Under the pieces are notes generated by a model. It saw nothing but the letters and a program-made list of their open reading frames with translations. It was not told where the DNA came from and ran no database searches. A program made the position numbers and the translations under genes. From contig OY776562.1 in NCBI GenBank assembly GCA_963675785.1, forward strand, positions 1,056,001 to 1,120,000: a DNA stretch of 64,000 bases, given 5' to 3'. This document shows, one piece after another, positions 40,691 through 50,152 of the stretch. Within the stretch, counting starts at the first letter, position 1; the number at the start of each line of letters is the position of its first letter. This DNA comes from Anaerolineae bacterium (GTDB lineage Bacteria; Chloroflexota; Anaerolineae; UBA1429).

Positions 40691-41581
40691 TTATAGCACC
40701 ACAATGCCTCTGCTCGTGAATATCTCGGTGGCCTCTTGCAGCGTTTGCTCGCTGGGGGGCTTGATGTCTTGACCCATGTACACCAACCCCAGGCTCTCGT
40801 ATTTCTTTTCGGCCATATTGTGATAGGGCATGAGCTCGACCGCCCGAATACCCTCTGTCTTGACGAAATCCGCGATCGTCTCCATGTCCTCGATGCCAGT
40901 GTTGACGCCTGGGATATAGGGGATGCGTATGATGATTTCGATCCCCTTTTGTGTGAGGCTGTGAATGTTCTGCAAAATCAGCCTATTAGATGTCCCCGTC
41001 GTTTGGCGATGCCTGGCTTCATCCATCAGTTTGATGTCGACCAGGAACAGGTCTACCTGGTCGCTAATCTGCGCTACTGTTTCCCAGGGCAGGTTCAACG
41101 AGCTCTCGACGGCCGTGTGATACCCCTTGGCTTGGCAAGAGGTAAGCAGTTCGTGGACGAAATCCGGTTGCAGGAGGGGTTCGCCGCCGGAAAAGGTGAC
41201 GCCGCCGTTGGAATTCCTGTAAAAAGGCGCGTCTCGCTCGATTTGATCCATGATCTGTTCGCTGTCTATCTCTTGTCCGGCCTGTACCAGCGCTCCGGCT
41301 GGGCAGTTTTGGGCGCATAAACCACAACCGAGGCAGCGATCGCGGTCAAACCCCGTTTTCACCCCGACGAAATCTTGTGCATGAACGGGGCAAACGCTCA
41401 TGCAATGCCCGCACCCAATACACAGATTGCTAAAAAACTGGATCTCGATACATCGTTCCCAGGATTCCGGGTTGTGGCACCAAAAACACCGCAAACCGCA
41501 GCCCTTGAGAAAGACGGTGGTTCTGATTCCGGGACCGTCATCTGTGCAAAATCTCTGGATGTTTAGAATGGTGCCCTTCAT
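40691..41581 (-). CDS. Glycyl-radical enzyme activating protein (radical SAM with ferredoxin insert)
   Basis: 'DGPGIRTTVFLKGCGLRCFWCHNPE', two CxxCxxCxxxC motifs, 'GGVTFSGGEP'. Confidence 0.93.
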   Translation of the reverse strand: MKGTILNIQRFCTDDGPGIRTTVFLKGCGLRCFWCHNPESWERCIEIQFFSNLCIGCGHCMSVCPVHAQDFVGVKTGFDRDRCLGCGLCAQNCPAGALVQAGQEIDSEQIMDQIERDAPFYRNSNGGVTFSGGEPLLQPDFVHELLTSCQAKGYHTAVESSLNLPWETVAQISDQVDLFLVDIKLMDEARHRQTTGTSNRLILQNIHSLTQKGIEIIIRIPYIPGVNTGIEDMETIADFVKTEGIRAVELMPYHNMAEKKYESLGLVYMGQDIKPPSEQTLQEATEIFTSRGIVVL

Positions 41582-41593
41582 AACCCGCCCTAT

Positions 41594-42364
41594 CTATGCG
41601 TTGAAATCGTATCCCATAGCAGTGGAAAGCTCATGCGCTGCTTCCATAATGAGCTGTGCAGCCTGTTCCATTTTCTCGTGCCCAAATCGGTAGGCTGGCG
41701 CCATGACGCCAATAGCGGCAATGCCTTCACCCATCAGGCTGTGCACCGGTGCTCCCACGCACCTTACACCTTCCAGATATTCTTCCATATCTGCTGCCCA
41801 GCCGGTGCTTCTAATCCTCTTTAACTCTACATAAAGTTTCTCGGCATCAACGATGGTATTGGCCGTAAGTGGTGAGGGAATATCCTTGATATAGTTCTCT
41901 AAAAAGTCGTTGCCGCAATAGGCCAAGAGACATTTTCCAAAGGCTGAGGCGTGCGGGTAGAGCAGCGAACCTGTTTCGACATAGATACGCACGGGCTGCT
42001 TGGTCTCTACCTGATCCAAAAGCACCATCCAATTGCTGCGCAGAACGGTGAGGTGAACCGTCTCGTCAAGCTCGCTCCGCAGGGTTTTCATGAACGGCAG
42101 TGCTCTCGATCGCAGTTCGATGCGGCTGCCAGCAATCTGCCCGATGGTAAAAAAGCGTCCACTGATATAATAGAGGCCATCCGAGGCGTTCTTTTCAAGA
42201 TAGGTGCGATCTTCCATCTCTTTACAGATACGGTAGACGGTGTTCACCGGATAATCGAGTAACCTGGCTATTTCGTTAATGGAAAACCCCCGATTTTCTG
42301 CAGCCATCAATTCGATGATATCGAACAGTCGGGCGACAGCCGGTGCAGAATATTTCTTTTCCAC
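41594..42364 (-). CDS. IclR-family transcriptional regulator
   Basis: N-terminal HTH, 'ETVHL', 'HASAFGK', 'EEY.EGVRCVGAPV'. Confidence 0.92.
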   Translation of the reverse strand: MEKKYSAPAVARLFDIIELMAAENRGFSINEIARLLDYPVNTVYRICKEMEDRTYLEKNASDGLYYISGRFFTIGQIAGSRIELRSRALPFMKTLRSELDETVHLTVLRSNWMVLLDQVETKQPVRIYVETGSLLYPHASAFGKCLLAYCGNDFLENYIKDIPSPLTANTIVDAEKLYVELKRIRSTGWAADMEEYLEGVRCVGAPVHSLMGEGIAAIGVMAPAYRFGHEKMEQAAQLIMEAAHELSTAMGYDFNA

Positions 42365-42411
42365 GGTTTGCCTCTTTTCTGGCTGATCTCCAAGGCAAGC
42401 GAATGTGACCA

Positions 42412-44556
42412 CTAAAGGGCATGCCCGGTACGCGCGATGACTTCTTCTTGCATGGCAGGGGAGAGGTGAATGAAATAGTCGCTGTATCCGCCTACGCGCA
42501 CCACAAGGTCACGGTATTCCTCTGGATTCTCGCGGGCCTTGAGTAGTGTCTCTCTATCCACCACGTTTACTTGCAGTTCAAAGCCGCCTCGCTCCATAAA
42601 TGTTTTGACGAGTGCGTGCATATTCTCTTGCGACTTTTTGCCCAGCAGCGCTTTGGAGAATTTCAGGTTGACAGCAATGCCTCCAATAAAGGGACTATGC
42701 TTCCATTTGGTAGATGACAGAATCGAGGCTGTGGGACCATTGGCTTCTCTGCCCTGTGCGGGTCCAGAACCATCGCCGAGTGGAAAACCGCTTCTTCTAC
42801 CATCTGGCGTGGCGGCCGTGTTGGTTCCCAGGCGCTCATGCATCACCCAACAGAACAGACTGGGGATAAAGCGATCTCCCCGGTATGTTTCCAGTTTCCC
42901 AGTTTCCTCAGTGATCCATGAGGTGATTTCCATCAGCATACTGTCGACATTGTCATCATCGTTGCCATACTTGGCGACGTGGTTACGAATTTGTAGATAC
43001 AACTGCGGATTGCTGCCAAAGTCATCCCTGAGCGAGTCGACAAGTTCGCTCAGGGTGGTCCTACGTTCTTCAAAGACGAGTTGTTTTATCGTCATGAACG
43101 AATCCGCGAGATTCGAAAGACCCACAAAAGACGGCATGATCCAGTTGTATCTTGCACCGCCGCAATCGATATCCTTGCCGCGGCTTAGGCAGTCGTTCAC
43201 AAAGCAGGAAACCAGCGGGTCTCCGCCCATGTAATAGCGATTCATCTGCCAATGGTTCTGCTCAATGGCGTTCCGCTTGATCTTTTCTCCAAGCCGTCTG
43301 CGGTATTCGGCCTTAAAAGTCTCCCAATCGGCGAATTGCTGCGGGGCAGTGATGGGCGCATTAGGTTCATCCAGAGAGGGAATTCCCAACATATCTAGCA
43401 AGAGTTGCACTAGATTGAGATAAGGGCTGGCCACCCATACCGCCGAGTTCGCTATCGGGGTAATCTCTACACACGTGCTGTGAATGTACTGGCATGCATC
43501 CTGAATCGGCAGGCCGTACCCCTTTAGCCCCTCGGTAATCACCTCGTCGTTGAACAGAGCCGGATGGGAGAGCCCTTCCGAAAGCAGGCTGTAACTGCGT
43601 TCGAGGATGTCGCGCGGTGTGTCTGGGGTGCAGCACATGCCAATGCCCGGATAGGATAGGCGCGTATGGCCAATGCTTTCAATGAACAGATACGAAAGTT
43701 CGTTGGTGATGTCATTACCCTGGGAATCTCGCCCGCCAACCATCAATCCTACCGCCAAGCCGATACGCGTGTATTCGTTAAAGAGGACGCACAAGCAGTC
43801 GATCAGCTCCTGGGCTGATTCTGGCGTGATCCTGCCTTGCGCCAGGTCGCGTCGGTAGAACTCAATCAGGTATCTGTCTGGCCGTCCCAACTGATAGAGG
43901 CCTTCGAGGCAAAAGGTGACGAACTGGATGGACTGCAAGGCCTGCCGAAACGTTTGCGCCGGCTTTTGGGGCACAACCTGTAGCGTCTCGCCGATCTCTA
44001 GCAATTCTCTTTTGCGTGTTGCGTCAGTACAAGAGGCGGCTTGTTCCAAGGCTAGTTCGGCATAGTGTTGGGCGTAAGCAAGGACGCCATCGAGCGAGAT
44101 CAGGCAGGCTTGATAGAAATCATCCTTTTCCATGTCCTCGGGGTCTTCAAGGGTTAACCCTTGGCGGTAGTGAACGATTTCTTCCTTTACGCCGTCTATT
44201 CCCAGGGCGAGCAGCTTCTCATAGTCGATCGCCATGTGGGAGGCCTGTCCCGTAAGGAGAGGCCCCATATCCGCGTACCCGCGTTTGTAATCGGCGAGCT
44301 GTTCTTGCTCTGCATCAGAGAGCGTTCTGTAGCAGGGCTTACCGACGAGCAGTTCGTCAGCGTCGATCACAGGGGTAGAGTGGCTGTGCATATAGGCTTT
44401 AGCTGCGGCTCGACGCACCATGTTCGAACTGGCGTTCCTGTTTTCGCGCCAGCCTTCCAGCCATGATAGCTCTCCTTCAACGCTTCTGGAGCCCATGACG
44501 TTGGCATCTAGGGCGTGTTGACGCAATCTCTCGATGCGTGGACTGGCTGCAACCAT
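42412..44556 (-). CDS. Glycyl-radical enzyme (PFL-like family), unknown substrate
   Basis: 'LGRPDRYL', Cys loop 'STCVE', 'KYGNDD', 'ATPDGR', Gly loop 'LVVRVGGYS'. Confidence 0.9.
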   Translation of the reverse strand: MVAASPRIERLRQHALDANVMGSRSVEGELSWLEGWRENRNASSNMVRRAAAKAYMHSHSTPVIDADELLVGKPCYRTLSDAEQEQLADYKRGYADMGPLLTGQASHMAIDYEKLLALGIDGVKEEIVHYRQGLTLEDPEDMEKDDFYQACLISLDGVLAYAQHYAELALEQAASCTDATRKRELLEIGETLQVVPQKPAQTFRQALQSIQFVTFCLEGLYQLGRPDRYLIEFYRRDLAQGRITPESAQELIDCLCVLFNEYTRIGLAVGLMVGGRDSQGNDITNELSYLFIESIGHTRLSYPGIGMCCTPDTPRDILERSYSLLSEGLSHPALFNDEVITEGLKGYGLPIQDACQYIHSTCVEITPIANSAVWVASPYLNLVQLLLDMLGIPSLDEPNAPITAPQQFADWETFKAEYRRRLGEKIKRNAIEQNHWQMNRYYMGGDPLVSCFVNDCLSRGKDIDCGGARYNWIMPSFVGLSNLADSFMTIKQLVFEERRTTLSELVDSLRDDFGSNPQLYLQIRNHVAKYGNDDDNVDSMLMEITSWITEETGKLETYRGDRFIPSLFCWVMHERLGTNTAATPDGRRSGFPLGDGSGPAQGREANGPTASILSSTKWKHSPFIGGIAVNLKFSKALLGKKSQENMHALVKTFMERGGFELQVNVVDRETLLKARENPEEYRDLVVRVGGYSDYFIHLSPAMQEEVIARTGHAL

Positions 44557-44741
44557 GAGAACCTCCGCTATCAAAGTTATCTTTATTCTATATATAGTAT
44601 ACCATATGAAAACATAGGTGGCATCGTACCAATACCGCAGCTAGATGTCAACTGAAAAACTGTGTGTGGAGCGTATCAGCAACTAGATGGTAGAAATTCT
44701 CACTTTTCCCACATATAATACCAATAACTTTGACCCCACAA

Positions 44742-45395
44742 ATGAAAGCTTTGTCTATGCCAACCACCAGACCCGACTACACCCAGCTCTTGGACGACTC
44801 TCAGTATGAGGTGTTGGCGCAATTTGGGCTCGATGAACTGATTCCTTTCGTAGTGGCCTGTTACCGTGAATCTTCACCCGTCAAAACGTTATACTATATC
44901 CCGCTCGTGCTCTTGTGTGGCGTATTGGGCTACCAAACCGCTCTTACGGGGATGACAGTCCTGGGTTCGTCCGTTTTCCTGTGGCTGGGTGCAGGAGTTC
45001 TGTTCATGCTCACAGTAGGGGCGGTACTGCATGAATTGCTCCATGCGGCTGTATACTATCTACTGGGTGCACGGCGCATCCATTTTGGCGCAGAATGGCG
45101 CTATTATGCTTTTTACGCCATTGCCGATGGTTTTTCCGTGAACTGGCGTGAGTACGTATTCGTCGCACTCACACCGCTCGTTGTACTCACGGCAGTTCCC
45201 TTGATTCTTGCTTTGCTTGGAACCGGCGGTTGGAGCGTAGCTGCAACTGCTGCCGCCGTGATGAGTATGCTAATGGCCTCTGGCGACGTGGCCTTACTGA
45301 ATGGCTTTTGGAAGGATCGCCACAGGGGATTCTGGACGTGTGATGCATGGCAAACGTCGTCATCGGTTTTCGCTGTAGAAGGTCGTGATAGTTGA
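44742..45395 (+). CDS. DUF3267-like membrane zincin
   Basis: 'LHELLHA', 'ALTPLVVL', 'SGD', with TM helices. Confidence 0.7.
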   Translation: MKALSMPTTRPDYTQLLDDSQYEVLAQFGLDELIPFVVACYRESSPVKTLYYIPLVLLCGVLGYQTALTGMTVLGSSVFLWLGAGVLFMLTVGAVLHELLHAAVYYLLGARRIHFGAEWRYYAFYAIADGFSVNWREYVFVALTPLVVLTAVPLILALLGTGGWSVAATAAAVMSMLMASGDVALLNGFWKDRHRGFWTCDAWQTSSSVFAVEGRDS

Positions 45396-45423
45396 TAGAC
45401 TCTGGAAGGAGCCTCGGAATTTT

Positions 45424-48390
45424 ATGAGCAGGCGCTGGTTGGTACGATGTGCCTTGTTGGTGCTTGGAGTCGCGGCGGTGCTGGTGGGGTGTCAGCAAGA
45501 ATATGATACCCTGGTCCTCGTCTCCGACGCCACCTTTGTCTATGGCCCGACAGCAACAGCGATCGAAGAAGCAGACTTGGCGGATAGTCTCTCTGCTTCC
45601 GAATGTGCGGCCGTGTTAGAGGATGTCAGCCGGTATTATTCTGTCAATCCCCGCGTATTAGCCACGCTTTATCGCCTTACGGGGGACCGCAGCGTCGCTT
45701 CGACTGATGCTTTGGCAGAGGCCCTTACCGAAATGGCTGGAGAGGCCAACGCAGCCTATTACGATGTCCTTTATGGTGTTCAAGCTGAGAGCGATACCCC
45801 TACTGTTTTTGCATTGACTGACGGCACCACAATCAGTATGGCCTCTGGCCTCAATGCTGGAACGGTTGGCGTGTTGGCGGTACTTGCCGTTCGTTCGGAT
45901 CAATCTGCCTGGGTCGAACGCGTCTTTGGCGAGGACCCGAAAGCCAGTTTTGCAGCTGCCTACGAGCAAGAGTACGAAGAACCGGCCACTGTTTCAACCA
46001 ACAGCGTTGTACCAGAAAGCTTGCCACCGGATGCGCTCCTTTCTCTCCCCTGGACCTTTGGCGACACCTGGAAATTCAGCAGCGGTCCCCACGATTATTC
46101 TGGTACGGGGACAAAGGGGCTTCCACTCTCGTCGCTGGATTTCGCACCTGAGAGTGGTCTCACCCAGCCCGCGTATGATCGTTGGATTACGGCGCCTGCT
46201 GATGGGGTAGTGATCTCTGTGGCCTGTGGCGGCTGCCAGGTAGATATTCGATATGCCAATGGCTGGGAAACGCGTTTTTACCATGTGTACGGTTGTCTGG
46301 TTTCGGTTGGACAGACGGTTACACGAGGTCAACGCATCGGCAACCCCTCGTCACGCCCCACGGTGGGTGAGGCCTGTGGCTATTGCAGTGGCTATGCCAC
46401 GGGCACGCATGTGCACCAGGATTTGATGTACAACGGCGCCTTCTATCCGATTGAGGGCGCTACCTTGGGCGGCTGGACAGTACACGGTACCACTTTCCGC
46501 GAGGGCTACCTAGAAAAAGATGGCACGGTCAAGTGGGTAGATTCCTGGGTCACGTCGGAGGATCAATCCGTGCCTGCGACGCCTACAGCCATCATTGTCC
46601 CTGTGACCCCTCCTGCTGCTGGAGATGGCCTGGTAGCACTCATCCGCTATCGTATGCCCGACACAAACTATTACTATTTAACCTCCAACTGGGACGAGTT
46701 CGAATCTGGTGGCTATGGCTGGGTGTACGATGATTGGGTGGGCTCCTTGTCGGCGACTTCTCAGAATGGGGCTACCTCTTTGTTGCACTATTACGTCTCG
46801 GGAGAGCACCGCCACTATTACACCATTGAGGATGTTGTTCCTCTCGATGATACCTGGACCTATGGTGGGGATGTGGGCTATATCTGGACAACCTCTGGCG
46901 CAGGACGTGTAGCTCTCTATGCCTTCAAGAATAGCGACAGCACTTTGTACTGGTATGGCGTAGAAAGCAGTGGCCCAGACGGTTCAGGATGGATCAGCTT
47001 GGGCATCCTGGGGTGGGTTGTGCCTGCGGGCGGCGTACCCACGGTGACCCCTACGGCCTCAATAACAAGCACACCAACACCAACCTGGACGCCTGCACCT
47101 ACGCGTACACCTACTGCAACGTCCTTGCCCACGGCCACACCCACGCCCACACCCTGCGGTCAGGGATTGAGTGCTTCAGCTGAGGTGGCCTACGCTTACA
47201 GCGTTAACACAACCCTCGATGGTGCACCTGTTTCAGCAGGCGTTTGTATTGGCGCCAGCGATATCAATGGTGTTGCCTGCGGATCCGTGTTGGCATCCGG
47301 CAGCGGTGAATGGGGCCCCATGACAATTCGTGGCGATAATCCTGATACACCACTGGATGAAGGGCCGCTCTCTGGAGAACGCGTCTATTTCTCCGTTGAC
47401 GGGCATTCTTCAGGGGTGAGCATCGTCTGGACGCCCGGTACCACGGCTATGGTCGATCTTGCAGTTGAAAGTACAACCCAACTCGTGCTTGAATTAGACC
47501 AGGGTTGGAATGCGGTAGCCATCTCGGTCGCTCCTGGTGGGGTGGTATCCCAGCCCATAGCGAATGTACTGGGGACGACCAATTCAGCCATTACGCGTGT
47601 TGTGGATACGAGTACGGGCAGTGCGCGGGTCTACTATCCCGAAATGGCTCCGGCTTATAGTGATCTCGATACGCTCTCTGCTGGGCAAGCTTATCTGATT
47701 GAAGCCGTACGAGATACAACCCTCACCATCGAAGGTGCCGTGCTTTCTGCTACCACAGCGGTGAAACTAGATACAGGCTGGCAGCTCATGCCCTATCTGG
47801 GGATGACAGACAGTTCTCCTTCAGTGGTCTTTGCCGGATTAACGGATGTATTCGACCTTGTGCGTGCGGCAAATGGTCGTTTATACGATCCGACGGTCTC
47901 CATCGAAAAGAACACACTAACCTGCCTGGAGGTTGGTTCAGCATATTGGGTCAAAGCGACTGAAGCGATGACGTTGGCACCTCTTGGAGAAGCGGGTACA
48001 TGCCCTTCAGTGGATGCAATATCAGCGTCTACGGATACGGGTCCCGTGGTTTCTGGGTTGGATTGGTGTGATCTCTATGGCGATGTTCAGATCAATGGTG
48101 AAACAAAGACCAGCCAGATGATCATTTCGGTGTTTGATCCGGATGGAACGTTGTGTGGTTCTGGTATGGCGCATCAGGATGGTACATGGGGTGTTCTCCA
48201 CATTCAGGGCGATGATCCCGAAACCAGTGGGGATGAAGGTGCCGAGGAAGGTGATATACTCACAATCAGGGTGAATGGGGTGCTTGCTTCTACAGCAGAA
48301 CCTGTTGAATGGACTGCTTTGGGACTAACCGAGTTAACGCTTCGGGTTAACGCCTGGCTCTCGTTGGAGGTTCCCCTGATTAGCCGATAG
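45424..48390 (+). CDS. Secreted/lipoprotein M23 (LasA/beta-lytic-like) peptidase with PT linker and extra beta domains
   Basis: Signal ending 'LVGC'. 'SVNPRVLATL' pro-region. 'LSLPW...GPH...SSLDF', 'YHV', 'ATGTHVH'. Pro/Thr linker at about 47035-47155. Repeated 'I.GDxPxT..DEG'. Confidence 0.75.
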   Translation: MSRRWLVRCALLVLGVAAVLVGCQQEYDTLVLVSDATFVYGPTATAIEEADLADSLSASECAAVLEDVSRYYSVNPRVLATLYRLTGDRSVASTDALAEALTEMAGEANAAYYDVLYGVQAESDTPTVFALTDGTTISMASGLNAGTVGVLAVLAVRSDQSAWVERVFGEDPKASFAAAYEQEYEEPATVSTNSVVPESLPPDALLSLPWTFGDTWKFSSGPHDYSGTGTKGLPLSSLDFAPESGLTQPAYDRWITAPADGVVISVACGGCQVDIRYANGWETRFYHVYGCLVSVGQTVTRGQRIGNPSSRPTVGEACGYCSGYATGTHVHQDLMYNGAFYPIEGATLGGWTVHGTTFREGYLEKDGTVKWVDSWVTSEDQSVPATPTAIIVPVTPPAAGDGLVALIRYRMPDTNYYYLTSNWDEFESGGYGWVYDDWVGSLSATSQNGATSLLHYYVSGEHRHYYTIEDVVPLDDTWTYGGDVGYIWTTSGAGRVALYAFKNSDSTLYWYGVESSGPDGSGWISLGILGWVVPAGGVPTVTPTASITSTPTPTWTPAPTRTPTATSLPTATPTPTPCGQGLSASAEVAYAYSVNTTLDGAPVSAGVCIGASDINGVACGSVLASGSGEWGPMTIRGDNPDTPLDEGPLSGERVYFSVDGHSSGVSIVWTPGTTAMVDLAVESTTQLVLELDQGWNAVAISVAPGGVVSQPIANVLGTTNSAITRVVDTSTGSARVYYPEMAPAYSDLDTLSAGQAYLIEAVRDTTLTIEGAVLSATTAVKLDTGWQLMPYLGMTDSSPSVVFAGLTDVFDLVRAANGRLYDPTVSIEKNTLTCLEVGSAYWVKATEAMTLAPLGEAGTCPSVDAISASTDTGPVVSGLDWCDLYGDVQINGETKTSQMIISVFDPDGTLCGSGMAHQDGTWGVLHIQGDDPETSGDEGAEEGDILTIRVNGVLASTAEPVEWTALGLTELTLRVNAWLSLEVPLISR

Positions 48391-48416
48391 TAGCCTGGAT
48401 TTTTCGAGTAACAGTT

Positions 48417-48453
48417 ATGCGGGGGAGCCCTTGCAGAGCTCCCCCGTATTTTG
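48417..48453 (+). terminator. Rho-independent terminator
   Basis: ATGCGGGGGAGC / GCTCCCCCGTAT stem followed by a T run. Confidence 0.65.
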
Positions 48454-48493
48454 CTATAGTAGCGTAATAAGTTTTTGTCGACTGGGGCAACGA

Positions 48494-50152
48494 ATGTATT
48501 TACAATCTCCTCTAGTTTTGCCAGGCCTGTTCGCTTTGACGGTTGGTTTCATTGGCCTTGTTGTGACCTTTGTAAAAAAGACAAAACGTTATAGTAGACG
48601 CATGGCGATAGCTGCTGCCGTGACCTGCGTGTGGGGATTCCTACTCTACGCCTATGTTGACTCGGCAACACTTGATCAGGCCCGCATTTTTTCATTTCTC
48701 TTGTTCATTTTTTCGTGCCTGGTTCCAACAATTTGGCTTGTCGCAATCTGGAATCCCTATGTTTTAGTAGTCATTTCAGACTGGCATTCCTGGCAAATTT
48801 TGCCCGTATTACCACATATCTTTTCTATCTTTTTCATATTTCTCCCTGAATCATTGAGTTCCCTTGTCGTACAGGTTGACAGCTTTGTGCCCTTTATCAA
48901 TGGTTACTTACTTCCGCATGTTGCGATTGGCTCAATTGGTGCAGCCCTCTTTGGCTACGCGATACTCTCTCTGGCCGGTGCCATTGGTGGAATGCTGTGG
49001 CGTCTGTTACAGCTTCCGCGTTCCTACATCTCTCATATCGCCTGGCTTTTGACCCTGCCCTTGCTAGTTATCCTGACGACCGCTTTTGTGGCTGTAAGCG
49101 GGTTTGTAGATCTATCTCTTTATGTCGTAGTAGTGCTGGGCCTGTTTCTTCATCTCGCCATGATAGCGCTGTCGATGGCTACGCGCGTTTTTTCGATCAA
49201 GCCCATCCCCAGAAGCATTGTCTTCCATGGTATGCGCGATGCTGCCCTTATTTATGGTGCCGCTGGAGAGATCATCGCCAGCAACCGCAACGCTGATGCA
49301 TTGTTCCCATTTGGAACAACGCTGGCCAAACGCCTATCTAGATTTGATGAGTTACATGCTCTCGCGCTGCAGCGGGTTCCCATAGAACAGGTCATGGAAA
49401 TCAAGACCAATGGGGATGTATCGTCGTGGTGGCGTATACGTATCGACGAGGTAAGTGGTGATTCACCCCGCCAGTTGGGATGGGTGTTACTAGTTTCGGA
49501 TGTCACCTCAGAGTATCATGCAGCAAACGATCTCAAGGTTAGCCTTGCCCAACTTGAGGGACTTGTGGCAGAAACACGTGATGGCGTGGCGTTTATCGAA
49601 CCTTCTGGACGCGTCATCCTTTGGAATGCTTCTCTGAGTCAGCTGACGGGGATACCTGCCCGAGATGCGGTGGATCACTTTGTTGTTGACGTGCATCCGC
49701 TGCTTGCAAGCATGGCAGGATTTGATGTTGCGCCGGATGAAAGCTGTTGGCATTTGAATGGGATGAGTACAGGATATACGCAGAATCTGCGGCTTGGCCA
49801 GAATGATGAACACGAGTGTCGTAGTTCGGTGTTTCCCATCCGTGTATCTCAGGATTATGTGATTTTTGGTATGCTTTGTCGGGATATGACAGCAATTCGT
49901 GAGGCAGAACGCCAGCGCGAACAAACGATCGACGTGCTTGAAGGAAAACTTGCCGAAGTGCGCGCTTTGAGCGGTCTTTTACCTGTTTGTGGCTGGTGTG
50001 GCAAATTGCGCAGCGATACCGGATATTGGGAAAAACTGGATCTCTACCTTGCCAACCATGCTGGTGCACAAGTGTCTCACGGTATCTGTCCCTCCTGCGC
50101 GCGCAATCTAGAGTTGGATTCCAGACGAAACCGAATCAGGAGTGGTGACTGA
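48494..50152 (+). CDS. 7TM (HisKA_7TM-like) + PAS protein with C-terminal Cys-rich domain; no kinase domain
   Basis: Hydrophobic N-terminus, two PAS-like segments, end 'LLPVCGWCGKLR...YW...SHGICPSC'. Confidence 0.7.
   Translation: MYLQSPLVLPGLFALTVGFIGLVVTFVKKTKRYSRRMAIAAAVTCVWGFLLYAYVDSATLDQARIFSFLLFIFSCLVPTIWLVAIWNPYVLVVISDWHSWQILPVLPHIFSIFFIFLPESLSSLVVQVDSFVPFINGYLLPHVAIGSIGAALFGYAILSLAGAIGGMLWRLLQLPRSYISHIAWLLTLPLLVILTTAFVAVSGFVDLSLYVVVVLGLFLHLAMIALSMATRVFSIKPIPRSIVFHGMRDAALIYGAAGEIIASNRNADALFPFGTTLAKRLSRFDELHALALQRVPIEQVMEIKTNGDVSSWWRIRIDEVSGDSPRQLGWVLLVSDVTSEYHAANDLKVSLAQLEGLVAETRDGVAFIEPSGRVILWNASLSQLTGIPARDAVDHFVVDVHPLLASMAGFDVAPDESCWHLNGMSTGYTQNLRLGQNDEHECRSSVFPIRVSQDYVIFGMLCRDMTAIREAERQREQTIDVLEGKLAEVRALSGLLPVCGWCGKLRSDTGYWEKLDLYLANHAGAQVSHGICPSCARNLELDSRRNRIRSGD

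Noticed and set aside
47035-47155. Low-complexity ACN-CCN repeat
   Set aside because: It encodes an ordinary Pro/Thr linker in the M23 protein.
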